A stretch of 64,000 bases of DNA, taken from the NCBI GenBank assembly GCA_965209035.1, contig OZ242372.1, forward strand, positions 1,120,001 through 1,184,000. The letters run 5' to 3'. Source of the stretch: Gammaproteobacteria bacterium (GTDB taxonomy: Bacteria; Pseudomonadota; Gammaproteobacteria; CBDBNL01; JAAOII01). Positions 18,005 to 29,506 of this stretch are shown piece after piece (the stretch's first letter is position 1; every line of letters starts with the position of its first letter). The notes below the pieces were generated by a model. The model worked only from the letters and a program-made list of their open reading frames with translations, was not told the origin of the DNA and ran no database searches. The position numbers and the translations under genes are program-made.

Positions 18005-20500
18005 TTATTGCCTTTGCCTTTCCGCACCGCCCGAGGTGCAAGTCAGGGCCGGATACTGGGTGCTGTTGCCAAGATTCCATGCCCGATTTGCGGCTATCGC
18101 CAAGGGACTGCCAGCATCGGTTGTGAATTCACCCGTATCGGGATCACACCAGAAATCGTCCCAGTTGGCATAGATGCCTGCAAAGGTCGTTTGGCTTTGT
18201 AAGGCCTCTGTTGTCTTGCCCGTGCCGAAACGACTGCTTCCGCTTGCCGGAATATCTGTTGTATTAAGATCCCAATAGGTGTCTTCAAAAGTGATAGACG
18301 AAGGGATTTTCGTTGTAACTCCCACTATACCGCCGTGTTTAGTGGAAGAACTTGAACCGGGTCTGGCGTCGCTTGTCGCAAAACTTGCCAAAGAGGCACT
18401 TATTTGTAAGGTGGCTCCGTCCCCTGCGATGCCACCAATACTTCCTGCCCCAAATTGGCTATTCATAAGGTTACCGCCTATGGCATAACTGGCCGTAATT
18501 TCTAAGGACAACTCGCATCGCCCTATGAATCCTCCGATTGGACGACTATCTCCTATACCTGTAACATCTACTTTGCTTGCATAAGAAGCATTGATATAAG
18601 AGTCTCTATTATTAAAGGAGGTCGTCGAATATCCGCCAAAACCTCCTACTAAGAGGGCGGCGGAGACTCTCATATTGGCAGTATAAGACGAGATCAAACC
18701 TGCACCTTCTATCTGACCGAACAAACCGCCCACACGTGTTCCCCCGAAAATATCTAGCGTGCTATCTGAGACACTCGTCCTTATTAACATGCTCTCTACA
18801 ACCGAGCCGACTAATCCTCCGATAGCGGTTCTTGCATCTGCCGTATTCTTTGTTCCTGTTAGTATAAGAGATCCTCTCATAACATGCACATTTTCCAACC
18901 GTGAAGAACGAATAACCCTACCAACAAGCAATCCCACATGAGACGGAGATCCACTTGAACTGTAACTTGCATCTAACAGTTGCAGATTGCGCATTGTGCC
19001 ACTGTTTAGTCCGGCAAACAGACCCCATCCAAAATTATTCTCTACAACATTCGGAGGGCGAATTTTCAAATGACTAATATTGTGATGATTGCCATCAAAG
19101 ATGCCTCTATAAAATCGACAGGTGCTGAGAGCTCCTCCACTACAAGATCCTATCGGCGTCCAGCCCTCGCCGGTCCACTCGGCCATATTTTCGCTATTGT
19201 CGGCATAAGAACTCGCATCCGTAAAATTAAGCGAGCGCATCAACTCATAGCCCTTGCAACCCGACTTGGGACAGCCGGCATTGCCCGGGGCATTGATGTT
19301 GTCCTGATCGTCGTCATCTACCCCATCGGCATTGAGATCATCGCGCAGCCACGCCAGGTCATCCAAAGTGTAGATCTCTATCAGACCATTATTATCGTCA
19401 TCCACATCTTCGGCATCCGCATATGCATCGCCATCCGCATTCGCACCCGTCACCGCAAACACCCGGTTTGTATAAGAGTTGCCCTCGCCCGCTATCAGAG
19501 TAACTTCGATCGTGTAATTGGTGTCGGTAGCCAAGTCGGAAATGGTATAGGCAGTTCTTGTCTCCGAAGCAATGGTGCCGTCATTTACACTTGATACGCT
19601 TGTCTCATCATCCAATCTGTCCGAGGAGTCCGAATCGGATGGAGCATCACTCGGAAACCAAGTGATCTCAAAGGCATCAATGAAGCCTGCCGGGTTGGTC
19701 CAATTGAGCATCAAACTTGTTTCGGCCGGCGCTGCCGACAGACCAATGACGCCCATTGTCGCCGGCAGATCCGCCGGATCTTCCTCGCAGGCATCGCCCT
19801 CACCATCCTGATTGACATCCGCCTGATCTCTGTTTCGCATCAGCCGGCAATTATCCTCATCGTTGTCTATATCATCACCGTCAATATCGTCGTCCAGGCT
19901 ATCCGGCAAGGTGTCATTGTCCAGGTTGCTGCCGGGCACAGGATCATTCGGCACAGTTTGCACCTCTGTTCTACTGTTGGCGCCGTTGGTGGGATTCAAC
20001 AGCAGCAACAAAGTTACCCGATATGTGTTACCGTTCTCTATTCCTGTCGTTGCCTCATAAGAGGCGGACATACCGGAGCCGAGGTCATTCGTCTTTTGGG
20101 CACGAAACACCTCGCCTGTTGGCGCACCGGCAACAACCTGTTGCCAACTGATATTAAATCCCACAATCAGGTTATCCTCTCCCGCCGTCACCGGGTTAGT
20201 CCAACGCAACAATAAACTGTTGTTGTTGGGAATGACCGTCAGATCCGTCACTTCCAGGAGTGTTGGGTCGCTACCGCCATCGCTGCCCCCCCCGCCACCG
20301 CCGCAAGCGGACAGTAACAATAAACAGCCGATAAGCAGCGAAGTAAAAAAGTGAGTCAGTCCCCGAAAGTATATCGAAGAAGACTGCGAAGTCTTCGCAG
20401 GCATAGAATGCATCGGAACAAGCCCGAACAGGTTGTGGTTGTCTCTTAAACGAGAATGTAAAGTTTGTGTCATTAGATTTCTCTTGGTTGGTGAATTCAC
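18005..20500 (-). CDS. Surface lipoprotein C: two FN3-like domains, TSP3 repeats, divergent GLUG region
   Basis: Lipobox LSAC then poly-G; GLIEIYTLDDL; GCKGYEL; YWD; WNLGNSTQYPAL. Confidence 0.85.
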   Translation of the reverse strand: MNSPTKRNLMTQTLHSRLRDNHNLFGLVPMHSMPAKTSQSSSIYFRGLTHFFTSLLIGCLLLLSACGGGGGGSDGGSDPTLLEVTDLTVIPNNNSLLLRWTNPVTAGEDNLIVGFNISWQQVVAGAPTGEVFRAQKTNDLGSGMSASYEATTGIENGNTYRVTLLLLLNPTNGANSRTEVQTVPNDPVPGSNLDNDTLPDSLDDDIDGDDIDNDEDNCRLMRNRDQADVNQDGEGDACEEDPADLPATMGVIGLSAAPAETSLMLNWTNPAGFIDAFEITWFPSDAPSDSDSSDRLDDETSVSSVNDGTIASETRTAYTISDLATDTNYTIEVTLIAGEGNSYTNRVFAVTGANADGDAYADAEDVDDDNNGLIEIYTLDDLAWLRDDLNADGVDDDDQDNINAPGNAGCPKSGCKGYELMRSLNFTDASSYADNSENMAEWTGEGWTPIGSCSGGALSTCRFYRGIFDGNHHNISHLKIRPPNVVENNFGWGLFAGLNSGTMRNLQLLDASYSSSGSPSHVGLLVGRVIRSSRLENVHVMRGSLILTGTKNTADARTAIGGLVGSVVESMLIRTSVSDSTLDIFGGTRVGGLFGQIEGAGLISSYTANMRVSAALLVGGFGGYSTTSFNNRDSYINASYASKVDVTGIGDSRPIGGFIGRCELSLEITASYAIGGNLMNSQFGAGSIGGIAGDGATLQISASLASFATSDARPGSSSSTKHGGIVGVTTKIPSSITFEDTYWDLNTTDIPASGSSRFGTGKTTEALQSQTTFAGIYANWDDFWCDPDTGEFTTDAGSPLAIAANRAWNLGNSTQYPALTCTSGGAERQRQ

Positions 20501-20599
20501 CGTTTCATTTCATAATTTAATAAGGTATTAACTCTTGTTAATAGTATACTCTATTTTTGGGAATTATGCTTTGTGACCCGTAAAAATAAGTATTATTAT

Positions 20600-21521
20600 T
20601 GCATGATCTCATAAAGGTTCCGGACTCTGAGTTCGGTATGGTGCGTCCTCAAATTAAAGAGCCGGCGGTTCGCGGCGGTTAGATGCTCTGGCGGACGGGT
20701 CGTAAATAGATGTGGAGCCGGATGAATAAACCGGGCAAGAAGGGCGGATAGTTGTTTTGCTCTCACCGCCGCCGACAGCGGCGGCTTGTTGTTGATAAAA
20801 CTGTCTTAGGTGTATCCGCCGGCGAGACGGTACGGTTTGTGAGGGTAGCCGGGCTGCGCATTACTGCACATTACTGCGCCTTACTGCACATTGGAAATGA
20901 GAGGAACACGTTTACGCTACCTTTACCATACGGGGGGTTATCGCGTGCGCGGCTGCAATCAACCGGTGGTTTTAGCAAATCAATATTTAAACATGCCTAA
21001 AACCACCAAAATCAAATACGCCACCTTAATGAATGTTCGCGCGCAAACATAGTGTCGCGGCGGTGCCGGATCATGCCGGGATCAGTCGTGGCACATTCTA
21101 CGCGTGGCAGCGGCATTTCCGTGAAGGCGGAGTCGACGGACTGGCGAACAACTATGGGTATCAGTCCAAGCGGTCCAACACCCGGGCACCGGCCCTGGTT
21201 GCCAGGATCCGGTCGCGGCGACAAGCGCGACCGAACATCGGTGCCGGTAAACCGGTCTGCTTGTTACCCGAATGGTGTCAGCGACATATAACCGGCGGCT
21301 GCCGACACCCGGCCAATCAACGCTCTCTCGCATCATTGCCGATGACCCGGATAAGATGCGGTGCGAAACGCCCGCGGCAAGGCACGCCGCGCGAGCGCAA
21401 GCAACCCGGCCATGTTCCGCGCCGGACCGGTGAATGTGTTGCCTTTGGGACACTCGCCCGCTCTCGCCGAATCCGGTTTTTGCAAAAACAACAAAAGTCC
21501 GGGAATGGGTGGGACTATACA
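20600..21521 (+). mobile_element. Degenerate IS481-family element, frameshifted and deleted
   Basis: Left end TGCATGATCTCATAAAGG at 20600; right end GGGTGGGACTATACA; transposase N-terminal fragment. Confidence 0.88.
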
Positions 21522-21695
21522 AAAAAGCAGGAAATCATCGATACTCCGTATAATAATTGATGTGAACAGGGAATTGACTGCTTTTATTTTATCGTTTTTT
21601 ATATATAAAGTTGAATCCAACATTATGAATGCTCTCGTAATGAAACAGCTTTTAATTTTATCTAAAGGACGAGTCGCCGGCCCTTACAATTTCAA

Positions 21696-22207
21696 ATGAA
21701 CCAAGATTTTATACCAACTTACAGCAGCCAGGCTGTGGCGAGTTACTTACTGAAACTGGCGGCCGACGAAGGAAAATCTCCGGATAGAATGCAGATCCTT
21801 AAGTTGGTCCACCTTTGCCACGGATGGCACCTGGGGTTTTGCGAGGGGAAGCCGCTCATCCACGCTGCCATAGAAGCATGGAAATATGGCCCCGTGATTC
21901 CCAAACTTTTTTGGGGATTGGCAAAGCATCCGACCTCTAAAAACATCCCCGCCAATTTTTTTGGCGAAAAGTATAAAAGCGAAGGTCTGGATAAAAAATA
22001 AGCAGGCGATGGAACTGATAAAAGATATTTGGCAGTTTTACCGGTCGGCAACTTTCCACGATGACGCATAAGGAAGGGAGTCCCTGGTCCCTGCTTTATC
22101 ATAACGGGTCATCCAATTTTTTGATATCGGATTCTGTTATCCGCAACTACTATGACGAGTTCGTCAAAGATACCGATGACAAGGAAGAAAAAAGAAGCAA
22201 CAAATAA
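21696..22207 (+). pseudogene. Panacea domain pseudogene, copy 2a
   Basis: Paralog of 22987-23508; extra A in an A-run near 21995 gives a stop at 21999-22001; further short deletion near 22045. Confidence 0.85.
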
Positions 22208-22385
22208 TAGCATACTCGTTGCGAAAGCGGATTCATCTTTCAAGAAAGAGAAGCAAGACCACGCTTCCGCCAAACAATCCTCTCTCAAAAGCGGGGGTGA
22301 AGCAAAAGAATTAGAAAGTCCCCAACAACAAAGAGAAGAAAGAGAAAATCAATACGAAAGAAAACTGAGCCTGTGGCGTTCTTGA
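22152..22385 (+). pseudogene. Truncated partner of Panacea 2a
   Basis: ASAKQSSL and RENQYE shared with 23477-23935; cut at the TIR element before the TM helices. Confidence 0.7.
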
Positions 22386-22813
22386 CTTCGGAAACTTTTT
22401 AAAAAACCTTGATTTTATAAGGGTTTGCGGGCAGTTTTTATACCCTGCAAGCCCTTACTTTGCCCTTAGAACCGGTTATTGAACAAAGTGGGTTGTTTGA
22501 GTTGTTTATTGAACTGCCTGTAGAATACGTTGCTGTCACGGCGTGAGTTTGTGCGGGTTTCTGTAATAGTTGCCGATGGGATTGCGTTGGATGGTGAATG
22601 GTCGTTTTGAAATTTCCCGCTTTTTTTAGAATTTTCTGAGTCCTAACGACTTCCTCGGTAGGATTAAATACCGACAGATATTGCTCTTTTTTTCCAATTA
22701 TTTCACGAATATGCATAATGTACCTGGCATTGTACCCTGTAAAAAGCTTCAAAAAAATCCTTATAAATACAGGAGTTTTTAAAAATCTAAAAATTTCTTT
22801 CCGAAGTCAAGAA
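22379..22813. mobile_element. 435-bp MITE or deleted IS with 16-bp perfect terminal inverted repeats
   Basis: TTCTTGACTTCGGAAA (22379-22394) and TTTCCGAAGTCAAGAA (22798-22813), plus imperfect subterminal IR; family uncertain. Confidence 0.75.
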
Positions 22814-22986
22814 AAAAGCGGGAAATCATCGATACTCCGTATAATAATTGATGTGAACAGGGAATTGACTGCTTTTATTTTATTATTTTTTATATATAAA
22901 GTTGAATCCAACATTATGAATGCTCTCGTAATGAAACAGCTTTTAATTTTATCTAAAGGACGAGTAACCGGCCTTTACAATTTCAA

Positions 22987-23508
22987 ATGAATCAAAATCT
23001 TATACCAACTTACAGCAGCCAGGCTGTGGCGAGCTACTTACTGGAGCTGGCGGCCGAAGAAAGAACATCTCTGGATAAAATGCAGATCATGAAGTTGGTC
23101 TACCTTTGCCACGGATGGCACTTGGGACTTCGCGGTGGAGAGCCGCTCATCCACGATGCCATAGAAGCATGGAAATATGGCCCCGTGATTCCCATACTTT
23201 TTGGGGAATTGGCCAAGCATCCGACCTATGAAAATGTCCCCACCAACTTTTTTGGCAAAAAGTATAAAAGCGAAGGCATGGATAAAAATAAGAAGGCGAT
23301 GGAAATGATAAAAGATATTTGGAAGTTTTACCGGAAATTTACCGGTCTGCAACTTTCCTCGATGACGCATAAGGAAGGAACACCCTGGGCCCTGCTTTAT
23401 CATAACGGGACACCCAATTTTTTGATATCGGATTCCGTTATCCGCAATTACTATGACAAGTTAATCAAAGATATCGATGCCAAGGAAGGAAAAAAAAGAA
23501 AAAAATAA
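22987..23508 (+). CDS. Panacea (DUF4065) domain protein, copy 2b
   Basis: VASYLL, IMKLVYLCHGW, IEAWKYGPV, LSSMTHKEGTPW. Confidence 0.88.
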   Translation: MNQNLIPTYSSQAVASYLLELAAEERTSLDKMQIMKLVYLCHGWHLGLRGGEPLIHDAIEAWKYGPVIPILFGELAKHPTYENVPTNFFGKKYKSEGMDKNKKAMEMIKDIWKFYRKFTGLQLSSMTHKEGTPWALLYHNGTPNFLISDSVIRNYYDKLIKDIDAKEGKKRKK

Positions 23509-23935
23509 CATACCCTTTCCGACAGGCAGTTCATATTTAGAGGAAATGGAGCAAGGCGATGCTTCCGCCAAACAATCCTCTCTCGAAAAAATAGAATACA
23601 AAAAAATAGTCATTCAACAAGAGAGGGAGGACAGAGAAAATCAATACGAAAAAAAACTGAACCTGCCGCGTTTGGTATTATCCTTTGTTTTGCACGCGCT
23701 TGTTATTGCTTATGCCATGCATCTTTTGTTGCATCCTTACATACCCGCAATTATGGATGTACTTCCTTCAAATTGGATTTCAAATTGGAAATACGAATCG
23801 AAAGACATGCAAGACTTTTTAGTGAGCATCTTACCCGCAATAGGCATTCTTGCCATTATTCTCGTAACCAGGCCTGCGTCTTTTATAAGAACAATTCTTG
23901 AACGGTCGTCCGATTCATCCGGGTCGGGCGGATAG
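23477..23935 (+). CDS. Two-TM membrane protein, putative PanT-type toxin partner
   Basis: Overlaps the Panacea 3' end; charged N-terminus plus two hydrophobic helices. Confidence 0.6.
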   Translation: MPRKEKKEKNNIPFPTGSSYLEEMEQGDASAKQSSLEKIEYKKIVIQQEREDRENQYEKKLNLPRLVLSFVLHALVIAYAMHLLLHPYIPAIMDVLPSNWISNWKYESKDMQDFLVSILPAIGILAIILVTRPASFIRTILERSSDSSGSGG

Positions 23936-24068
23936 GATCCCAATCCTTTTTGATCGTCTTTTGTAAAGACGCTTAAGGCACTTAAGACATTTCGGGGGCT
24001 GGCGGATGACTTTGCGTCTTCCTCTCTTTAACCTAACTGATCCCAGCCCGGGACATCGTTAGAAATTG

Positions 24069-25280
24069 CTATCCGGCGGGCGGCGGTTTTTCCGGGCGGA
24101 AGAAGAGTTCCAGACTGCGGCGATACACCCGGGTGACCGTGCGCAGTTCGTCTTTGGCGATGCGTTCGTTCGGTTCGTGCATGCCGAGACCGCGCGGGCC
24201 AAACTCCATCACTTCCGGGGGTTGCGGATCTTCGGGTGACACCGAGTATTCGGCAAAAAACCTTCCGTCCGATACACCGCCGGCAACAGAAAATTCGGGT
24301 TCCCCGGCACAGACCTCCGTAATTGCCCGTTGCAAGGCGTCCGCCAGCCGACCGGGTTGGCACAGATAGGGTTTGGCTCCTTGCCTCCAACGAATCTCAG
24401 GTGAGAAATCGGATGCCGTCGCCGCAATCACTTGCTCCGCTTCGGTCCGAATGGCGGCGGCACCGGGGTCCGCGGTATAACGCCAGTTGCCTTTCAGAAT
24501 CACTTCGGGTGCGGTGACATTTTCGGCAACGGCGCGACTGCGAATGTCTGTCAGGTGAAACACGGTGCCGGGGGCATCTCCCGCCGGCCGCTGTTTGGCA
24601 AACCGAGCGACAATTTCGGCCGCGCGGTGCAGGACATTTTCATCGGAGCGCATATAACCGGGATGCCCCTGCTTGCCGCGTAATTTTAATTGCAAGCTCA
24701 GGGAGCCGCGTCTGCCGTTTTTGATGGTGTCGCCCGGGACACGCACGGATGTCGGTTCGCCGACCAGGCAATGGCGAATACGCAGGTTGCGTTTTTTTAG
24801 TTCGCGCAGCACGGCGGCGGTGCCGTGGATTGCATCGCCTTCTTCGTCGCCTGTGATCAACAGGCCCAGAGACGCCGGCAGTTGCCGGTCACCAAGCGAG
24901 GCAAAAAATTGTTCGGTCGCTGTCACAAATGCCGCCAGCGAGCCCTTCATGTCGGCCGCGCCGCGTCCGTAAATATAGCCCTTGTCGTCCTCTTCGGCGC
25001 CGAACGGGTCGTATTGCCAGGCGGCGATGTCGCCGGCCGGCACCACATCCGTATGCCCGCAAAAGACCAGATAGTCGTCGGTTGCTCCTTTGCGGGATGC
25101 CCAAAGATTGCGAACGCCTTCAAATTCCAAACACTCGGTGACAAAGCCCAGCCGGTTTAGTCGCTCCGCCAGAATATCCCGGCAGTTGCTTCTGTCGGGC
25201 GTTACGGATTCGGCGCGGATCAGTTGTCGCAGAAGTTGTGTTGCCGAGTCGTCCGTCATGCTGTTCCGGTGTTCTGTCAC
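24069..25280 (-). CDS. dapE: Succinyl-diaminopimelate desuccinylase
   Basis: GHTDVVP, GRGAADMKG, GDEEG, GEPTS, NGRRGS, SDGRF. Confidence 0.95.
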   Translation of the reverse strand: MTEHRNSMTDDSATQLLRQLIRAESVTPDRSNCRDILAERLNRLGFVTECLEFEGVRNLWASRKGATDDYLVFCGHTDVVPAGDIAAWQYDPFGAEEDDKGYIYGRGAADMKGSLAAFVTATEQFFASLGDRQLPASLGLLITGDEEGDAIHGTAAVLRELKKRNLRIRHCLVGEPTSVRVPGDTIKNGRRGSLSLQLKLRGKQGHPGYMRSDENVLHRAAEIVARFAKQRPAGDAPGTVFHLTDIRSRAVAENVTAPEVILKGNWRYTADPGAAAIRTEAEQVIAATASDFSPEIRWRQGAKPYLCQPGRLADALQRAITEVCAGEPEFSVAGGVSDGRFFAEYSVSPEDPQPPEVMEFGPRGLGMHEPNERIAKDELRTVTRVYRRSLELFFRPEKPPPAG

Positions 25281-25376
25281 TCTGCTGCTCTTTTATTTGT
25301 TATTGCGATTGTCTTTTTTGGTTCCCCGGTCGCCCGCCGGGATGCCCGAATGCCTCCACCCGCCGACACGCCCCGG

Positions 25377-27263
25377 TCATTCCACTGTCACGGACTTTGC
25401 CAGGTTGCGCGGCTTATCAATGTCTGTGCCGAGACGCAATGCCACCTCGTATGCCAAAAGTTGCGTGGCGACGCCGTAAACAATCGGCATGATCATTTCC
25501 TGCCCGGCACCTTTCGCATGCGGCAGGACAATCAATTCGTCGGCAATGCGTTCAACCTCCTTGTCGCCGCGACCTTCGGCAAACACCAGCAGGGGGCCGC
25601 GCCTGGCGACAATCTCTTGCATGTTGGATTTAATCTTGGCGGCGCGAATGCCGGAACCGGTCAGGACAACGGTGGGTGTTTTTTCGTCTATCAGGGCGAG
25701 GGGGCCGTGTTTGAGTTCGCCGCCCGGATAGGATTCGGCGTGAATGTAAGAGATTTCTTTGAGTTTGAGCGCGCCTTCCATTGCCAGGGGCATCAAGGGG
25801 CCGCGTCCGATGAAGAGGACACTGTCCTTGTCCGCCAACAACTCGGCGGCCGCTACGATTTTGGGACGCAGCGCGAGTGTTTTTTCAATCAGATCGGGCA
25901 AGGATTCCAAAGCGGCGATGAGTTTGCGGACACCGTCCGAGTCACCCCGGATTTGCATAAAGAAGCCGAGAAGAATGAGAAGCCCGATTAACTGGGCCGT
26001 GAAGGCCTTGGTGGATGCCACGCCGATTTCCGGCCCCGCCGAAATGAGCAGCGGGATATCACAGGCGCGGATCAAACTGCTTGCCGGGACATTGCAGATC
26101 GCCAGAGACGCGAGAAACGGACGATTGAGCTTGTCGGCGGCGGAGATGCTGCGCAATGCCTCCAACACATCGGCTGTTTCGCCGGACTGGGAAATCGTCA
26201 CATACAAACTGTCGGGCGGGATATTTTTTCGCATATAACGAAACTCGCTGGCGACCTCCGTTCGCACCGTGAGATCGCTGTGTTCTTCAAACCAATAACG
26301 GGCTGTCAGACCGGCGTGATAAGCGGTACCGCAACCGACCAGGTACATATTTTTGGTGCGCTCAAGAACCCCCATTCCCGTTTCGCCGAGTGTTTGCGGC
26401 AGAAAGTGTCGCTTGGTCAGACGACCGGTGAGCGTATTGACGACCGTGTCCGGCTGCTCGTAAATTTCTTTTAGCATGAAGTGTCCGTAGTCGCCGCGGT
26501 CAACCGCCGCGGGTCCGTGCTTGTAAATTTCCACTTTGGGGCGAATTCGGCCGCCGCCGACCTTGCGAATCTCACACCGGCTGACACCAAGAATTGCCAT
26601 TTCTTCGTCTTCCAAGTAAATGAACCGATCCGTGACCTGCAGCAGGGCGAGCGGATCCGATGCCAGAAAGTTTTCTTCCGTGCCGACACCCACCACCAGC
26701 GGCGCTCCTTTGCGGACACCAATCAGGCAATCCGGTTCCCACAGATCAAGAACCGCAAACGCAAACGCGCCTTCCAGTTTGCGAACCGTGCGTTCCAGGG
26801 CGTCCGCCAGACTGCGACCCCGTTGCAGATGATCGTAAATCAAAACGGCAATCACTTCGCTGTCCGTTTCGCCCGAAAATTTGTAGCCCTGTTTTTGCAA
26901 CTTGTCGCGAAACGACCGATAGTTTTCCACTATGCCGTTATGCACCAACGCCACTCGCCCGCCCGCCAGATGTGGGTGGGCGTTACTCACGGTGACCTCT
27001 CCGTGTGTCGCCCAGCGTGTGTGGGCAATGCCCGTGCATCCGTCCGTGCGATGCTTTTGCAAGGCGGCGGTCAACACTTCAACCTTGCCGCAAACCCGAT
27101 GATGGTGGAACTTGTTCTTGTTTCCGTCTTTATTTTCGCCTTCGCCTTTTTCAAGGACGGCGATGCCCGCCGAATCGTAGCCTCGGTACTCCAAACGCCG
27201 CAGGCCTTCCAAAAGGAGGTCGCGCACATTCCGCCGCGAGACACAACCGACTATTCCGCACAT
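25377..27263 (-). CDS. glmS: Glutamine--fructose-6-phosphate aminotransferase
   Basis: MCGIVG, LEYRGYDSAG, HTRWATHG, PRNLAKSVTVE. Confidence 0.98.
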   Translation of the reverse strand: MCGIVGCVSRRNVRDLLLEGLRRLEYRGYDSAGIAVLEKGEGENKDGNKNKFHHHRVCGKVEVLTAALQKHRTDGCTGIAHTRWATHGEVTVSNAHPHLAGGRVALVHNGIVENYRSFRDKLQKQGYKFSGETDSEVIAVLIYDHLQRGRSLADALERTVRKLEGAFAFAVLDLWEPDCLIGVRKGAPLVVGVGTEENFLASDPLALLQVTDRFIYLEDEEMAILGVSRCEIRKVGGGRIRPKVEIYKHGPAAVDRGDYGHFMLKEIYEQPDTVVNTLTGRLTKRHFLPQTLGETGMGVLERTKNMYLVGCGTAYHAGLTARYWFEEHSDLTVRTEVASEFRYMRKNIPPDSLYVTISQSGETADVLEALRSISAADKLNRPFLASLAICNVPASSLIRACDIPLLISAGPEIGVASTKAFTAQLIGLLILLGFFMQIRGDSDGVRKLIAALESLPDLIEKTLALRPKIVAAAELLADKDSVLFIGRGPLMPLAMEGALKLKEISYIHAESYPGGELKHGPLALIDEKTPTVVLTGSGIRAAKIKSNMQEIVARRGPLLVFAEGRGDKEVERIADELIVLPHAKGAGQEMIMPIVYGVATQLLAYEVALRLGTDIDKPRNLAKSVTVE

Positions 27264-27328
27264 GAACTATTGAATAAACTATTAAACTATTAAATAAGCT
27301 ATTAAATGATCCCCCCGGGAATCTTGTT

Positions 27329-27715
27329 TCAGAGTTGCATGATCGCATCAATTTCAACGCGAACGCCGCGCGGCAGGGCCGCAACCTGCACCGCCGCCCG
27401 GGCGGGAAACGGGCGGGGAAAGTGTTCTTCCATGTATGCGTTGACCGCGGCAAAGTCGCTCAGGTCTTTAAGATACACGGTTAACTTTGCCAAATTCTCA
27501 GCGGAACCGCCGGCGGAATGCGCCACCGCAAACAGGTTGGCAAAGGTTTGCCGAATCTGTTCCGGCGCACTCTCGCCGACCACCTCGCCGGTTTTCGGGT
27601 CCAACGGGATCTGGCCGGAAATATAGACAATATCGCCGCAGCGCACGGCTTGCGAATAGGCGCCGATGGCGCCGGGAGCCGCGTCGGTTGCAATTTCTTC
27701 TTTTGTGTGTTTCAT
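27329..27715 (-). CDS. ridA: RidA family protein (start MKHTKE)
   Basis: APGAIGAYSQAV, SGQIPLDP, PARAAVQVAALP. Confidence 0.9.
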   Translation of the reverse strand: MKHTKEEIATDAAPGAIGAYSQAVRCGDIVYISGQIPLDPKTGEVVGESAPEQIRQTFANLFAVAHSAGGSAENLAKLTVYLKDLSDFAAVNAYMEEHFPRPFPARAAVQVAALPRGVRVEIDAIMQL

Positions 27716-27821
27716 AAGTTGTTTTTGATTTGGTAAAAAGATAAAAAATCTCAGGCGATCCGCGTTATGATTATTCTCGGTCTTCTCAGCCTTCTCAGAC
27801 CTCCCGGTCTTCCCGGGCTTC

Positions 27822-28643
27822 TCAGTCTTCCGGGCGCAGCAGCGCGTTGATACCCACCTTGGCACGCGTGCGCGCATCGGCGCGCTTCATAATGAGCGCC
27901 GCATAGCGGGAAAACTTGCCACTCTTGTCGGGCAGATTGCCGGGTATCACCACCGAATTTTTCGGCACCTTGCCGTAGATAATCTCGTCGTGTTCGCGAT
28001 CGTAAATCGGGGTACTCTGCCCGATGTAAACGCCCATGGAAATCACCGCCCCTTCTTCCACGATGACTCCTTCCACAATTTCCGATCTTGCGCCGATGAA
28101 ACAGTTGTCTTCAATGATGGTGGGGTTGGCTTGCAGCGGTTCCAGAACGCCGCCAATGCCGACACCGCCGGAGAGATGCACATTTTTACCAATCTGCGCG
28201 CAGGAGCCGACCGTCGCCCAGGTGTCCACCATAGTTCCGGCATCGACGTAAGCGCCAATATTAATGTAGGACGGCATAAGCACCGTGTTTTCGGCAATGT
28301 AGGTTGCCTCGCGTGCCAGGGCACCGGGGACAACACGCACCTTTTCGGACTCAAATCGTTTCTCATCGTAATCGGCAAACTTCGGTTTCAGTTTGTCGTA
28401 GTAACGCGTGAAGCCGGCATCCGAAACCCGATTCGGACGCAAACGGAAGGAAAGCAGAATCGCTTGCTTGACCCAAGTATGCACCCGCCAGCCGTCCGCG
28501 CCGGGTTCCGCCACGCGCAATTCGCCGGTGCCTATCCGGCGCAGTGCCTCTTCCGTCGCCTCGCCGGCGGCTGCGGACAATGTCTCGGTCCGGTAGGCTT
28601 CCTCAATAATCGCGCGCAGTGCGTCTCGGTCCGTGCGGTTCAT
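27822..28643 (-). CDS. dapD: Tetrahydrodipicolinate N-succinyltransferase
   Basis: [33 protein letters not shown]. Confidence 0.97.
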   Translation of the reverse strand: MNRTDRDALRAIIEEAYRTETLSAAAGEATEEALRRIGTGELRVAEPGADGWRVHTWVKQAILLSFRLRPNRVSDAGFTRYYDKLKPKFADYDEKRFESEKVRVVPGALAREATYIAENTVLMPSYINIGAYVDAGTMVDTWATVGSCAQIGKNVHLSGGVGIGGVLEPLQANPTIIEDNCFIGARSEIVEGVIVEEGAVISMGVYIGQSTPIYDREHDEIIYGKVPKNSVVIPGNLPDKSGKFSRYAALIMKRADARTRAKVGINALLRPED

Positions 28644-29497
28644 TTGGCGGCGGGTTTTTTGGAAGGGTCTTTATCAAGGGATGCCTCCGGGGATGCATCA
28701 GGGGATGCCCCGAGAGATGCCCCTGCGGACACATTGGAGGATGTTTTGCGGGATGCTCTCAGACACAGGCCCAAAGAGAAGGCAAGGACGGACTGAAAAA
28801 ATTCCACCAAGTGTGTCTCTTTGTCGTCCCCGCCAAAGCGGTCGGCATCCGCGCTGAAAAAGCACAGGAGTCCGAGACAAGCACGCGCCGAGTGGAGCGG
28901 CAAACAAAGATAGGAAGACACCGGCGATACCTTGCTGCCGCCCAGGGCGTCTTGCAACAATTCGGACATATCGCGCCCGTAAACGGGGGATTTCTCGCGC
29001 AATATATCCGTCACTTCGCGCATCATCGCTGCGGGACGCTTTTGCAGATACAGCGGGGATTTGGGGACGCGCTTGAACAGGATAAAAGAATAGTGTTCCG
29101 TGCCGAGATCCTCTCTGAGCAGATGATCCAACACCAACGCCAACTTTTGCGTGTCGCCGGCGGCAAGAAGCGCAAGGCAGCCGCGATGCATCTTGAGCAT
29201 CAGTTGGTAATTGCGAGAGGCGGTCATGCGATCGCGCTCCGTTTGATCGCGCCGTTGCTCCGCCTCTCGGCGCAGCATCTTGTTTTGATAATCGGTCAGC
29301 GAAACAACATTACTATGGTGGTTACTATGGTCGTCATCGGGAAAGAGAAGGTTCTTTACCACTTCCCGGCTTCTCTTGCTCTCGGTGAGGAAAAAATCCG
29401 GGTGAGCGGCAAGGTGATCCAGCACCTTGGCGCGGCTCAGCCGATTGGCGACCGGTGCGGCTGTCTTCTTTTTTGTTTTCGGTTGGCGAACTGGCAT
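28640..29497 (-). CDS. DUF484 (YigA-like) protein with repetitive C-terminal tail
   Basis: [13 protein letters not shown]; position after dapF. Confidence 0.75.
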   Translation of the reverse strand: MPVRQPKTKKKTAAPVANRLSRAKVLDHLAAHPDFFLTESKRSREVVKNLLFPDDDHSNHHSNVVSLTDYQNKMLRREAEQRRDQTERDRMTASRNYQLMLKMHRGCLALLAAGDTQKLALVLDHLLREDLGTEHYSFILFKRVPKSPLYLQKRPAAMMREVTDILREKSPVYGRDMSELLQDALGGSKVSPVSSYLCLPLHSARACLGLLCFFSADADRFGGDDKETHLVEFFQSVLAFSLGLCLRASRKTSSNVSAGASLGASPDASPEASLDKDPSKKPAAK

Positions 29498-29506
29498 ATG
29501 CTTATT

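Noticed and set aside
27716-27877. N-terminal extension of the second RidA ORF
   Set aside because: Overlaps the dapD end; family similarity starts at MKHTKE
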